This document shows, one piece after another, positions 12,101 to 24,100 of a stretch of DNA of 64,000 nucleotides; positions within the stretch are counted from its first letter, which is position 1; each line of letters begins with the position of its first letter. Under the pieces are notes generated by a model that saw only the letters and a list, made by a program, of their open reading frames with translations, had not been told where the DNA came from and ran no database searches. The position numbers were made by a program, and so were the translations under genes. Origin of the DNA: Podarcis vaucheri. Its lineage: Eukaryota. The stretch lies in NCBI GenBank assembly GCA_965113315.1, contig OZ220369.1; one strand, given 5' to 3'.

Positions 12101-15100
12101 CTTGTATTGCCATCTCTGCTCCATTTACTCAAAGAACCTTTGTTTGACCGACTTTTAAAAAAGATTTTGGAGCTCCAAATATATACTACCTTCAAAATGA
12201 CCACTGCCCAGGTATTAGTTGGCAACATTCAGGTTTATAGGAGTTGCTCCCACAATGGCCTCTGTGTTTGTTTGTGTATTTTGTACCATTCTTCCCATTA
12301 TATGTGAGGGAGAGATGCAAACCTTCTCCACCCCCCCACCCCAAAAAAAACCTCTTATGGAAGGGACAAATGGCGATATGACAATGCAAAGTCGTGGTCT
12401 CTTTAGCTTGTGATAGCCCGACTCCAAGGGCTCATCAACACTTCCACTTGTCTCACTCCTTTCCTATGGAAAACCCGCTGCCTAGCTCTAAATCAGAGCA
12501 AACATCAGTCCAGAGAAAACCCAAATTGAACTCCCATTGAGTGCTAAAGAGCAGTTTTCCCCAGAGGAAAGCAGCGGAACAAGAGGAAGTTTGGATAAGC
12601 CCTGAATATGCTTTGAACTTGACAGCACTTTTAAGGATGTATACCAGGGGCTAGCAGGTCATCAATTGGCAGTCCAGATGTCATACCTGTAGCCCCATCT
12701 GCTGGTGTTTCTTGACATCCTGTGCACAGCAAATGACTAGTTTGGCATTGAAACACGTAATAAGGCATGACTAGCTTTTTCCAGCAGAAAACACATCAGG
12801 TGGCAAAATGGCATATCGGGATCAAGAAGTAAAGGGAAGGGGGCCCTTTGGAAAAGTGGCCAGCACCTTTCTGTTGAATCTGTTGTTAACCAGAATTTTT
12901 ATTCTGATTAATAGATTTTCATTACTTAATTTGAACCTTGGTAAGAAAGTGGAGTTTTGGTCAGTGAGCCAAGATGGCTACAAGGTTTTGACAACGGCTT
13001 GGATACTTCTTGCTGCGTTCGTAGCCCACCATATCTCTGGGGTTACAGTTAAGGAACACCTTCTTTCTGATTATCACATAGTATTTCTAAGAAAACTTGT
13101 TCTAGTGTTCTGAGTCAGAGAAGGAGGGTCTTGGAACCTCAATGCTACTTTCCACCCAGCTCCAATAAAATAGACCCGCATTTGGGTTTTGCTCAATATT
13201 GTATGGTGCTACTCAACCGGCCCCACCCTCCCAGCACGTAGGTTGTTGCAAGCTGGCCCCTGAGATCTGACACCCCCACCTTGGCCACCCTCTCCTCTCC
13301 CTCTCCCTTCCCCAGAGCAGGCAGCTTGCCTATCCTCCTTGATCTGAAGCTGTTGAATAAAAGGTGTCTACCTGTTGCCATCTATATGCTAATAGCTCTT
13401 TGCTATCGTTTTGCGCATCTGAAGCCCTCTGGTGGACCATAGGCGGTACAAAAGGGTGAGTTTAGCTGCCTGCTGGACTGTTTCTCTTCCATTTAAAATG
13501 ATATATCTATATATATCTCACTATATATATATACATATATACACACACATATATATGTCTCTCTCTCTTTGCTTTCTGCTTGCTTGCATGGGGCTGCAGC
13601 TGAGATGATGACCATGAAGTTTCACATCCATTGAATTCTCTCTGAATCGGGGAAACTGACCATGCCACAACTAACTTGCGGTTACTAACACCGCTGCTTC
13701 GTACTACCTGCAGTAGCTGTTACAGATGCATGAACAGAGCAGGGGTGGGGAGGGAACACTCCTGTCCATCCATCATGGGGCATGCTGATCAATGAGAGGG
13801 AATGGGGCAGAAATCTCTGTCCCATGGTCCCCCACCCCCAGTAGCAGCTGTACTGAGCCTACCTAGCTACATTCTCTGTGGGCGGTATCTGCTTCTGTCT
13901 ATACAAAATTGCCCATAGCCTGAAAGCGAGGCTCCATCCAGCGCAAGGCCTCAATACTTTGTTGAACAGACTTTCTCCTCTTCTGCCAGGAGGGAAGAAA
14001 GGAGTGAGAGCTTCCTGCGCTAGCCTAGGAAGCGCTGGCTCTCAGCACTTCAGGCCAGGAATCAGGAACTGGGGTGCTGGGGGATGAGGGCTCAGCCAAG
14101 TTAAACATCATGGGTGGGCGGCCCCTCTAAAGGCACAGGATCCGCCCTTGCCGTTGGCAGGTAGTATGAAGTCTATGGATTTGATGAATACTGATAGCCT
14201 AACCGTAGCTGCTGCCTACTGTAGTTCAGAATCTGGGAGAAGCCCCCAGCCTGGATCAGGCAGCCCAGGTCTGACCTGAGAGCAACATGCACAACTGCAT
14301 TGGCATCATGCAGGCTCTCTTTTCCTTCCATGTCCTTACAAAGCTGACATCTTGCTCCATGAATGACTTCTGAAAGTCAGTGGAAATGTAGGGGCTAAAG
14401 AGTGGAGGGCTGGATGTGAGCTGCTGGATTGCAGGACTGGGAAAGAGACTCAGCAGAGCCCTTGCTGCCAATCAGAGCAGGCAGCACTGAGCAGCAAGGA
14501 GGATCCGCTGCCTGGCTTACAATCAGGTAGTTTCATGTGTCTGGAGCAGGAGAGCACATGCTTTGCACGCAGAATGTCCATCTCCATCTCCAGCAGCAGC
14601 AGTGCTGGGGAAGACCCTGGAGGACCAAGCACCTCATCTTACCTGCTTTCTGCACAGTTACAGGTTATGCTGTCCTTGTTCCTCATTTGTTGTGGGGTCT
14701 GTTCTCCACCCAGCCAATCTTGCAGTTTGTTGGGCATCTTGTTCTTGGGACTGCCTCAGATATGAGATTTTATTTCATATATTCTTTTAGTTATATCATT
14801 ATTTTACAATGTGAACCATATCAGAGTAGCCAGCAAGATTCAATGGCAACATTCCTCCTCGAAGCTGGCAGCAGCGATGAAGAAAATCATCCTTAAGATT
14901 TCTTGTATAGCTTTCTTTCCATTCTCTGCTGAGTCCTTTAGTGGCTTAATCATGGGGTTTGTCCACAACTGAGCATTATTGAGCTGTTAATGCACTCCCC
15001 TCCCCCGCCCCACATTTGAATTAGTCCACGGCTGCATATACATGAATTTGCCTATGAGGAAGAACTTTTATCTTTCTTGTTCATGTCAGTAAGCATTCCC

Positions 15101-18100
15101 TTTTGCGTTTTCCCCTGCCTTCTAATTTGCTGATTCAGTTGTGCCGAATAAATACTGACAGGGCATGTGTACAGATAACTGGGCAGGCAATTTTTAATTC
15201 TTAGCACACATAGTTTTCTGACTTTGTGCAAATCTGAAGGATCAAAAGAAAATATCTAAGGCTACACTCCTCCATTCAGGAGTGTGCCAGAAAAGAAAAC
15301 AATTGTATGTTTTCAGCACATACTTTGAGATTAATACTGTTCAGTATTTGGTGCAGATTTTTGTGTGTGTGTGTGTGGTTTGCTTGTACAGTTTTCTGGT
15401 TTTGTGCAAATTTGAGAGATCAAAAGGGAAAAAACCACACGGCTGTACACCATTCGGGAGTGCAGTGAAAATAATTAAGAATATGACTGGAAAAGAAATG
15501 ATGGTATTGAGATAGTACTGAGCATGGAAAGGTGAGTAGCAGAAAGTGAAAATAGATCCGCCCACCCCTAAATAAATAGTTTGCAGTTCCAAGTGCAGTA
15601 GTTTGGAGCCCAATTTCCACTAACGTCACATTCCCCCTGTGTTGGGAAAGGATTGGTGTTTGAGGGTAACATCATGTGGATAATACAGATTAAATGGGAA
15701 AGCAAACAGCTGCAAACACACAATAAACTCTGGTGTGAACAAACCCACTGATGTTTGTCCAGAAAAAGCCCTATCCTCAAAACAAAACAAAACCACACAC
15801 CCCACAACAATTCTGAAAGTCTTACATCTCAAGTGGTGACCACATCTTCCCAGAATATGTCTTCCTATCCTGTTGCAGGTGTTGAGCTTGTCACATTTCT
15901 TTCTGTGGCTGTCTAGTAGGAGTTTATTAGCTACATGGTAGTTTTTTAATTGGATTAATAGCCATTCCCTCTACTCGGGGAACTCTTTGGCATGTAGTTC
16001 TGTGTTGGAATCCTAAAGTTCCCCAGCAAGATAATTTCTCAACGCCACCATCAAAACACCATCAAATACAGTATTTCTCAAGAAACTACTAGAAAGATGT
16101 GGGTTGTGGCTGACACCATTGTGTGTGTATGGCTTCACAATCCAGTGATGGAAGTGCATGGATGCTGAGCAAATGGAAGTCTGTCCACTGCCTCAGTACT
16201 GTGGGCAAGGAAGACTCCCATTCACAAATGCAAGGCTGGACTGATGCAGAAGAATTGCTTTTGAAAGGGGCTGGAGAGTCACCTCACGCCTATGTGAACA
16301 CACTTTGTAACAAGTGTGTGTGAATGGCAGGGTCTGTTCACTGCAGTGTGGACACCGGTTTTGGACAGTGGAACCCATTTTGATGCCATTTGACTCTCCC
16401 GTTACAAAATCTACTGGCACATTTGGTAATGGTGAGGGAGCTTTCCCTTTTATACAATACCTTTAAAACAGTTGTGTGCTGCCGAGCTGGGATTTGAAAA
16501 AAGAAAAAGCAACATGTTTGTTTACTGATTGTCCCTTAAGTTTGTTGATGATGCCATGTTTGGTATCCTACAGTAAAAAATGCCACTGCACCACCTCATT
16601 CTCTCCCTTCGCCTGGCAATTTTTACAGGGCTGCAAAGTGAGGAGAATTCCCAGCATGCAAGGGGGACGTGGGGTGTCTCTCAGTTCAGCTAGGCCTTAA
16701 AGGTAAAGGGACCCCTGACCATTAGGTCCAGTTGTGACCGACTTTGGGGTTGTGCACTCATCTCGCTCTATAGGCTGAAGGAGCCAGCGTTTGTCCGCAG
16801 ACAGCTTCTGGGTCATGTGGCCAGCCTGACTAAGCCGCTTCTGGCGAACCAAAGCAGCACACGGAAACGCCATTTATCTTCCCGCCGGAGCGGTACCTAT
16901 TTATCTACTTGCACTTTGACGTGCTTTCAAACTGCTAGGTTGGCAGGAGCAGGGACTGAACAACGGGAGCTCACCCCATCACGGGGATTCGAACCGCCAA
17001 CCTTCCGATCGGCAAGTTCTAGGCTCTGTGGTTTAACCCACAGCGCCACCCGCGTCCCTATCATCCAGGCCTTAGAGGCATGATAAATAGCTTCAGGATT
17101 GTGTCCATGGAGCAGCCCCATAGCACAGCTTGTGAAGGGAGGTGTTAGGACAGCTGCTCTGACAGGTAGAAACAGTTGCTGCTAGGACTAGGCACCTAGG
17201 GGGTGAGCAAAGAGAAAACTCACAGTGCTGATGAGAGAGGGGGACATGAGAGTCCAGAGCCTGGGGCTGACTCAGAAACACATAAAGGCAGGCACAGTAA
17301 GAGAGAGCCCCCCAAAGTGCTGAGAGGGAGGCCTTGCGGCAGGAGGCAGAGTCTTTCCTAGTAGTAAGTGCAGGCAGCCACTTCCCAACAAAAGCCATGA
17401 AAGCTGCTACATTTGGCCATCAGCTGAGCATCTGTAATATGGATCTTTGCTTTGCAAAGGATCTTGATCTGACAGCTGACCTAAAAGCATTCTAGGGGGT
17501 GAACCCCAAAATACCATTTTAGTTATTCAACTATGTTCTATTTAGGCGGGTGGAGGAGAGTCCAATCAGGTCCTTCAGTAATTTTGCAGATTTGTCGAAG
17601 GGAAGTGAGAGCTTTAATCTCACTGGCAACCACAGGGCACTTCCACACAAATCAGCACCAAATCTGGACTTGCCATGGCGCACCAACCCTGTAAGATAAC
17701 CCAGAAGCAACAGGTGTCCCATTCTCTTTTTGTCTCTCCCTCTCCTTGCTACCAACCATGTATGTCACTTGGGGCATAGTCTAGGATTCCCACTTCTCTC
17801 TGTTGATCTCAGGAGTAGGAAAACAGCTAGATGAACTCCCAAGTCTCCTACTTGACAATTCCTGCTTTCCCAGGTGCCTTAACAACAGTTTTATAGTCCA
17901 ATGTCGGGAGATGGATCACCCGCCGTTGAAGGTATCCAGGATTCAGAAAAGCCCAGGAATCCAAATCAGCAGTTTTATGCAAAATGAAAATATAAAATAG
18001 GGAGTGAATATGCAGATCAAAATGGAGATAAAAACACTATGCTAGAATGTTGGATGATGATGATGATTTTATTTATACCCCACCCATCAAATAAGTTTTA

Positions 18101-21100
18101 CTCAGCATAGGCTGTTGTTTCTACTTCTGTGTAAGCTGCCTTGAGTCCCTGTCAGGGAAAAAGGTGGGATATAAATAAATATAATAATGAAAATTAATGG
18201 TCCTAACTTAGCCATGTCTATTGTTTCAAATGGATCTACTCTGCCTGGGCATTCTGAGCCAGGGACAAAGGTGTGTGGAGGTGTGGAATAGGAGCCACCT
18301 GTGCCATGGTCCGTCCCTTCAGGGAGAATTGGGTGGTTGCATGTTCAGGTGGCTTTGGGCACCTGTTTTTAGCATGGTTCATGTCAGCCCAGACCCACTC
18401 CTGTGCCTCCACCTCCTCCTCACGTTGCAACCCCCAGGACTTCTGCTTCAGGCGGCCTTGACCATCTCTGCTACTTTGATTTCCCCACAAGAGCAAACAA
18501 GAGAGAGCTGCTGCTGCTCTGCCCTCCTATACAAGGCCACACCTGCTGCGGCTGCGACTGCCGTTGCTGTGCATGTGCGGGACACACTCACACCTCTGAA
18601 TGCTGCTGCTGCTCCTTCCCAGTTGCCATGAGAATTTGTACAGCCCCCATTCACCTCACAGCACAAAGCGCTCACACAGCTGGCCTCTTTCAGTTAGAAG
18701 CTCTGAGGCAGGCCTAGTCTGGCTTCTCTTGTCCAGGTCTCTGTCCTGGTTCAGGAGTGGGCAAATGCTGCGCAGCTGCTTTTGCCATGACAAGGAGTCA
18801 CAAAGCATAGGAAGATTTTGAGGTTTGAAACCTGGGCCTAGCCTAATAACCCATCGATGAGTATGTATATGTGTGTGCATGCATAAGCCTCAGAGTCAGT
18901 GTGATCTAGATGAAGCCTCTGGATTGGACAGACATAACGTAAGTCCTGGGACTCTGGGCTTTCTTACTCTGCCTGCTCAACAGAGCACTACGGTCTGCCT
19001 GCTCCAGCTCTCAGTTCCAGTGACTGACCTCCAAGGCATCTTTGGGCTTGAGAATATGCACTGCTGGTCTGGATACAGGAATAGCTGTCCACAGCTCTGA
19101 CCTGGAGTGGAGAAGCCTTAGCTGGGATCTGATCTGTAGTTCAGCATGGCTGTTTCCAGAGCTCCTGCAATGGGGTTTCATGGTTCCTCTGCCAGTGGTG
19201 ACCCTTCCATACTAGTGCAATGGTGCTCTGGCACTGCCCTGTGAGCTTTGCACAGGAATGGGGTCCTGGCCCCTTCACTTGCACACAGGGCATTCCCTGG
19301 AAGCAGTGGAGGAGGGAAGCATGTAGCTCAGCTGTGTGAGACATTTCTAATTGGGAAAGGGGTGGGGTTTCCCGCTGGCAAGGCAACACTGTCTTGGCCC
19401 CACAGCTTGGGGGCTGCTCAGGGAACAGCTGTCATAGCTGTATAAGGGGTTCCTTGCACTTTTGCATGTCAAAGCAGGCTTAGCTGTTGCTGCCATTTCA
19501 TGTTAAAGAAGAAAAATGGGCAATTGGCAAAAAAATATACATACTATGTTCAGTGAGTAAGTTTCCTTACATGTACAGCCCTCTCATGAATATGGTTGAA
19601 TAAAAAAGACCTCTCTAGTCAAAGTGTACATCTTAACAGCTCCATGAAGGACATGTCTGAAGGGTTCCCACAGGCAAACCTTTCAGAGCTGCTGTTTTCA
19701 CAGTTCTCTATTGAGTGGGGGGTAACCAACATGGTTCCCCCACCCAATTTTGCTGGATCCCAACTCCCTTCATCCCTAACTTTTGGCTATCCTGGCTAGG
19801 GGGAATTGGAGTCCAATATTTTCTGAAGGGCAACCCATTGGCTGTCTCTGCTGTGCAGCTTCCTCGGGTGCAAAGATAAATTTTCCAGATCTGGGAGTGG
19901 TCCCACTGATAGCAGCATCTGTATTTAAACAGGTTGTAGTATATTCATTGCTATATTCAATAAGGGTGACTGAGTACTGACAATAGTGTGTTTTGGTAAG
20001 TATGTCTCTTACTATGTTTGAAACCTGATTAACCACTAGCCATTTATATGTGACACTGGATTTTTGGTTTCTTCTGAAGTCTCATCAGTTTCCCAGTTCT
20101 TGTGCCACCTTGAGAGTGCATAGTTAGATGGTGTCTTTCTTTCTTTCTTGCTTAACCTGGACTTCTCATGCCTTGGGCAAATCCAGCATCTCCCTGCAGC
20201 ATCAGGGCCTGAGATCCATCGGTGAGGTGGAAACAACACCAGGGAGAGACTTTCAAAGGTCAAGAGTGAGGCTAAAGAGAATGGTGGATTTGTTGTTGGA
20301 AAGCCAATCTGGGGTTAAGCGCAAGAAAGCCACCCAAGGAGGCAGGGCAGGTGGGAGCACAGAGAGAAGCCAGTAATAGGAGCAGTAGGAGGAACTGTTG
20401 AGAAACTCTGAAAGGCTGGGAGGGAGGGAAACAGCCAGCAGACAAATGCCTTTCACTACACAAAGAAGAGGGATAGGAAGAGGAAGTTTGGCCTGGAATT
20501 AGGCTGGGGAGGCCCTGTTGAAGAAGGGAGGGAGAAAGGGTTGCTGCAGCCCAGTTCTCAATAAGTCCATGTGACTTAAGACACCCGTCACCACTTGTCT
20601 AAACTTGTCCAAAAGAGCAGGGATGAGAAAATAACGCATCACATGTGGTCTGCGTCAAGGCAGCCACAGCCACCATTTCCAAAGTAATCTTGTTCCGTTT
20701 GCCTCTTTCAGGAGCTGAATTCTTTCGAAGTACAAATCAGTGTGTTAAGTTGCAGGCCACATGCTCTGGGGTGTCTCTCTTATTGGGCCTTCTCTCTCTT
20801 TTTGCTTTGCAACCCAAATGAGAGATCTGGAAAAAGGGAGGAGCCCCCATTTCCCAAATTTCCCACGAGCCATTACTGCTCTAAGAGAAACAGGTAACTG
20901 ATTCTAAAGTCCCACCCTGGGGCTCCACCCACTCCACTGCCACCCTCTGCTCCTTTTCCTTCACCGGTCAGTTTCTGACCTTTCGCATTGCCCCAACCAG
21001 TTCTGCTGTCCACTTCATCCAGCATTTCTTTGGCTGGGCATTTTGGAATCCGCTGTGATGCAAGACAGCTTTGCAATGTGCTTTTTACTCACTCAGCCAT

Positions 21101-24100
21101 TTCTCTGCTCTTACAAAGTTATTTTCCCCGCCTAACTAGACCTAACTCATTTTGCTCACAATATCGTCATCTGAAGTTGGGGTGGGGAGGTGGATAATTG
21201 GGCAGAGGGCTTTGTCCGCAGGTGGCTTTTCAGGGCTTCTGCTTCTGCCATTGCTTCTTCAATATGTTATGCAACCCCCTTGTGATTCATCAAAGAAAGC
21301 AGCAAAGGAAATTCTCTGCTTGGAGGGGGAGTGAGGCATCTACTTGGCCGCGGGGTGTGGGGGTGTGACCACATCCTTTATTGAAAGGATGCACAGTGAA
21401 AGTGTTTCTAGTTTAAAGTTCTCAGCTGCATCCATATCATCTAAATTGTAAATGAAGCTTCTATCCCACAAATAAGATGTTCTGGGTGCTACTGGAAGCA
21501 ACCGCCCAACCCTCATCAGATTAGAATGGGGAAAGGAGATGGAAGATCCGACTCAGTATTCTGCTCTGTGTGGGGCTTGTTTAACTCTATGGTGTCTGGA
21601 TGTCTGCCTCTATTGTAGTGTAATCTTCATGCCTCGGGGTTTGACCACTAAGTGTACAAATACCCACTCCACTTTTTAGACTTTTCAACTAATCAGGGTG
21701 TTTTCAACTATATTTGCTACTGTATCTTGTAGTTGATTCCTGTGCTTCTTCATCAGTAAATCACAGTGTTCTCCACGGTGCTTACACGGGTGTAAGTGTG
21801 AATAGGATTGCACAATGAAACATTGGAGAGAGTGGGTGGAAGGGATATTTTTATGCCTATCCATTTGGGAGGAGAAACATGCCAGTGTCTCCTATTCAGA
21901 ATGGCCTAAGTGGTCTCCAGACTTCCTTCCTACTGCTGCAGAAGATTGGGGGATAGGTTTGAGGGTGTGCATTCCCCTTCCATGGAGTGCTGGCTAGGCC
22001 TGTTGAGCCTCACCACCATCTCCATTGAAATGGTAGGATAGTTCGAGAACATAGCCAAGGTCTGCTGGGATGGGAGGCCTTTTTCTGAACATATCCCAAA
22101 AAAGTCAAAGTGCTCTTCAAATGTTTGCAGCTTAAAGTTTTTTGCAAAATAAGAGAAAATAGCAACACAATCAAAAGCAAGTGGGAGCAATATTAGGAGA
22201 TTTGACTAATGGTATATAAATTTTGCTGAATACGATAAATTGGAATATTGGGTCTTTTGCAAAACGGGGAGAAGTGTCTTTGCATCGAGGAGGAAGGAGA
22301 GGAAGGATGCGATTTTGGCTGGTGGCGTCATGGTTGTATTGAACCTGCAATTTCATTAGCACTATATATTATCGATTTAGTAGTCTGCACATAGTTGTAA
22401 AACTGGATATAGTGTTTCCAACAAAGCATAAAATTATTTTAAACCTACCTGTGTTTGAAACAGTAACTCAAAGCAAGTTAGTATCACTCCCCTGCCCCAG
22501 CACCCACACAGAAAAAGGGGCCTGATCCATCTCTAGCCCAACCTGGTTGCAGGCAGCCAGCAAGCCTAGACAGCAAGGAGCCACCCATCTATCGCCAACA
22601 CATCCATTACATCAAGCTGAGTCTGCACAGGTATATGGAGGTGAGGCTCACGTTAAATGCCACTGTTACATCTTGTCACGTCAGAAACTGCAGCTCTAGA
22701 GTGTACATCCATTTCAGCTAAGGAGCATCACAAAGCTCTTAATACCTCAAGAGTCAACAATTGTCTATCCATTAAGTAGTTGGTCTGGTGTTTAAACCTC
22801 AGCATTCAAGCAAGTCAGCCACCTGATTTGGTCCCAAGGAAGGTGTTGTGTAAATTTCTAGATGACATCTGTACTCGCGCAAATGTGGAATGTGGCGAGA
22901 ATCCGCATGCATTTTCCAGACAATGGCAACTGGTCTCCACCAGTCCAGACACTGCATGCTGATGATGACAGATGGTGCCAACAAAGCATGACTTGCATCC
23001 CCTCCACTCCAGCAGAAGTGCTCTGTTAGCCTAGACTTTGCATGACTCAGCATGTCTGCAAAGGAGCCACCAGCTTCGATTGATCATGCATGTCCTCAAT
23101 GAGACCCCATAGCAGGTGGGTCTTCTACCTCAGTGAATGAGTCCACAATGGGAAAATGTGGGCTTTGCATGGGAAAAGCACGCCTGGCCTGACACATGTA
23201 TCTCCTCTTTCTGAATTTAACATGTCTATTACCTCAACTCACTGTGAACATGGTGTGCCTACTTGGCCAGGTTGCAAGTCAAGAGAGAGGTGGGAAGACG
23301 CTTGACAAAAGGGCTTTGTGGACAGTGACAAGAACTATAAAAGAGAGGGAAAGGTTTCTAGCTTCATGGGACAAAAAAAGGAAAGGTCATTCCAACCTCT
23401 GTCTTGGCCAAGGAGCCAGTTGGGAAGCCTGGCGGGCCAGTGTTATCTCCAACAGAGGCACATAAAGAGAGAAAAGACAGGATAAGTCGATCACCAGGAA
23501 AAGTTACTCGTCTGATATTTCACTTGGCGCTAGACAACTTGCCCATTGCTTCAACCAGTGGAAGTGCATTGCTAGATGATATTTTCATCCCTTCAGCATG
23601 CTCACTGTCCAGCAAAGATGGCCAAGCTGGTTGTGAGCAGGTTGTCTGACCCCACCTTGAAATGAGCATCATTATTGGTCTCATGGAGAGTTCCTGTGCA
23701 TACCTTGAACTCCCACATATGCAACAGAAGGTTCAGGAGAAAGGCTGGTCTTTATGTTGAACTTATCTTGGCCAGTTGTTGACCAGAGGCGGGGCTGAGG
23801 GAGAGACAAGAAGCCCTTGCTATGTTGCTACCACTAAGTACCTGTACCTTTTACGTGTAGCTGGTCTGAAGGGGCAATCCAGATCAGGAATCTTGCTTGG
23901 TGGGCAACAGGGAATTTGGGCGAAAACACCTGTTTGCTTAGATGAGAGCTTTATTCCTCCATGCAAACTGCAGGTATAGGGTCCTGATTGGGATCGCAGC
24001 AGAAGGCAAAGGGTTAAAAGTACACAAACCATTACATGCTACCTATTGGGATTCCGATATGGATCAAGCACCACCACCCCTCTGGATTATTTTTTTAATG

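Noticed and set aside
15279-15531. Cryptic exon in the last CAMTA1 intron (strong aag|gtgagt donor)
   Set aside because: No recognisable peptide, and such sites occur by chance in a 12-kb intron
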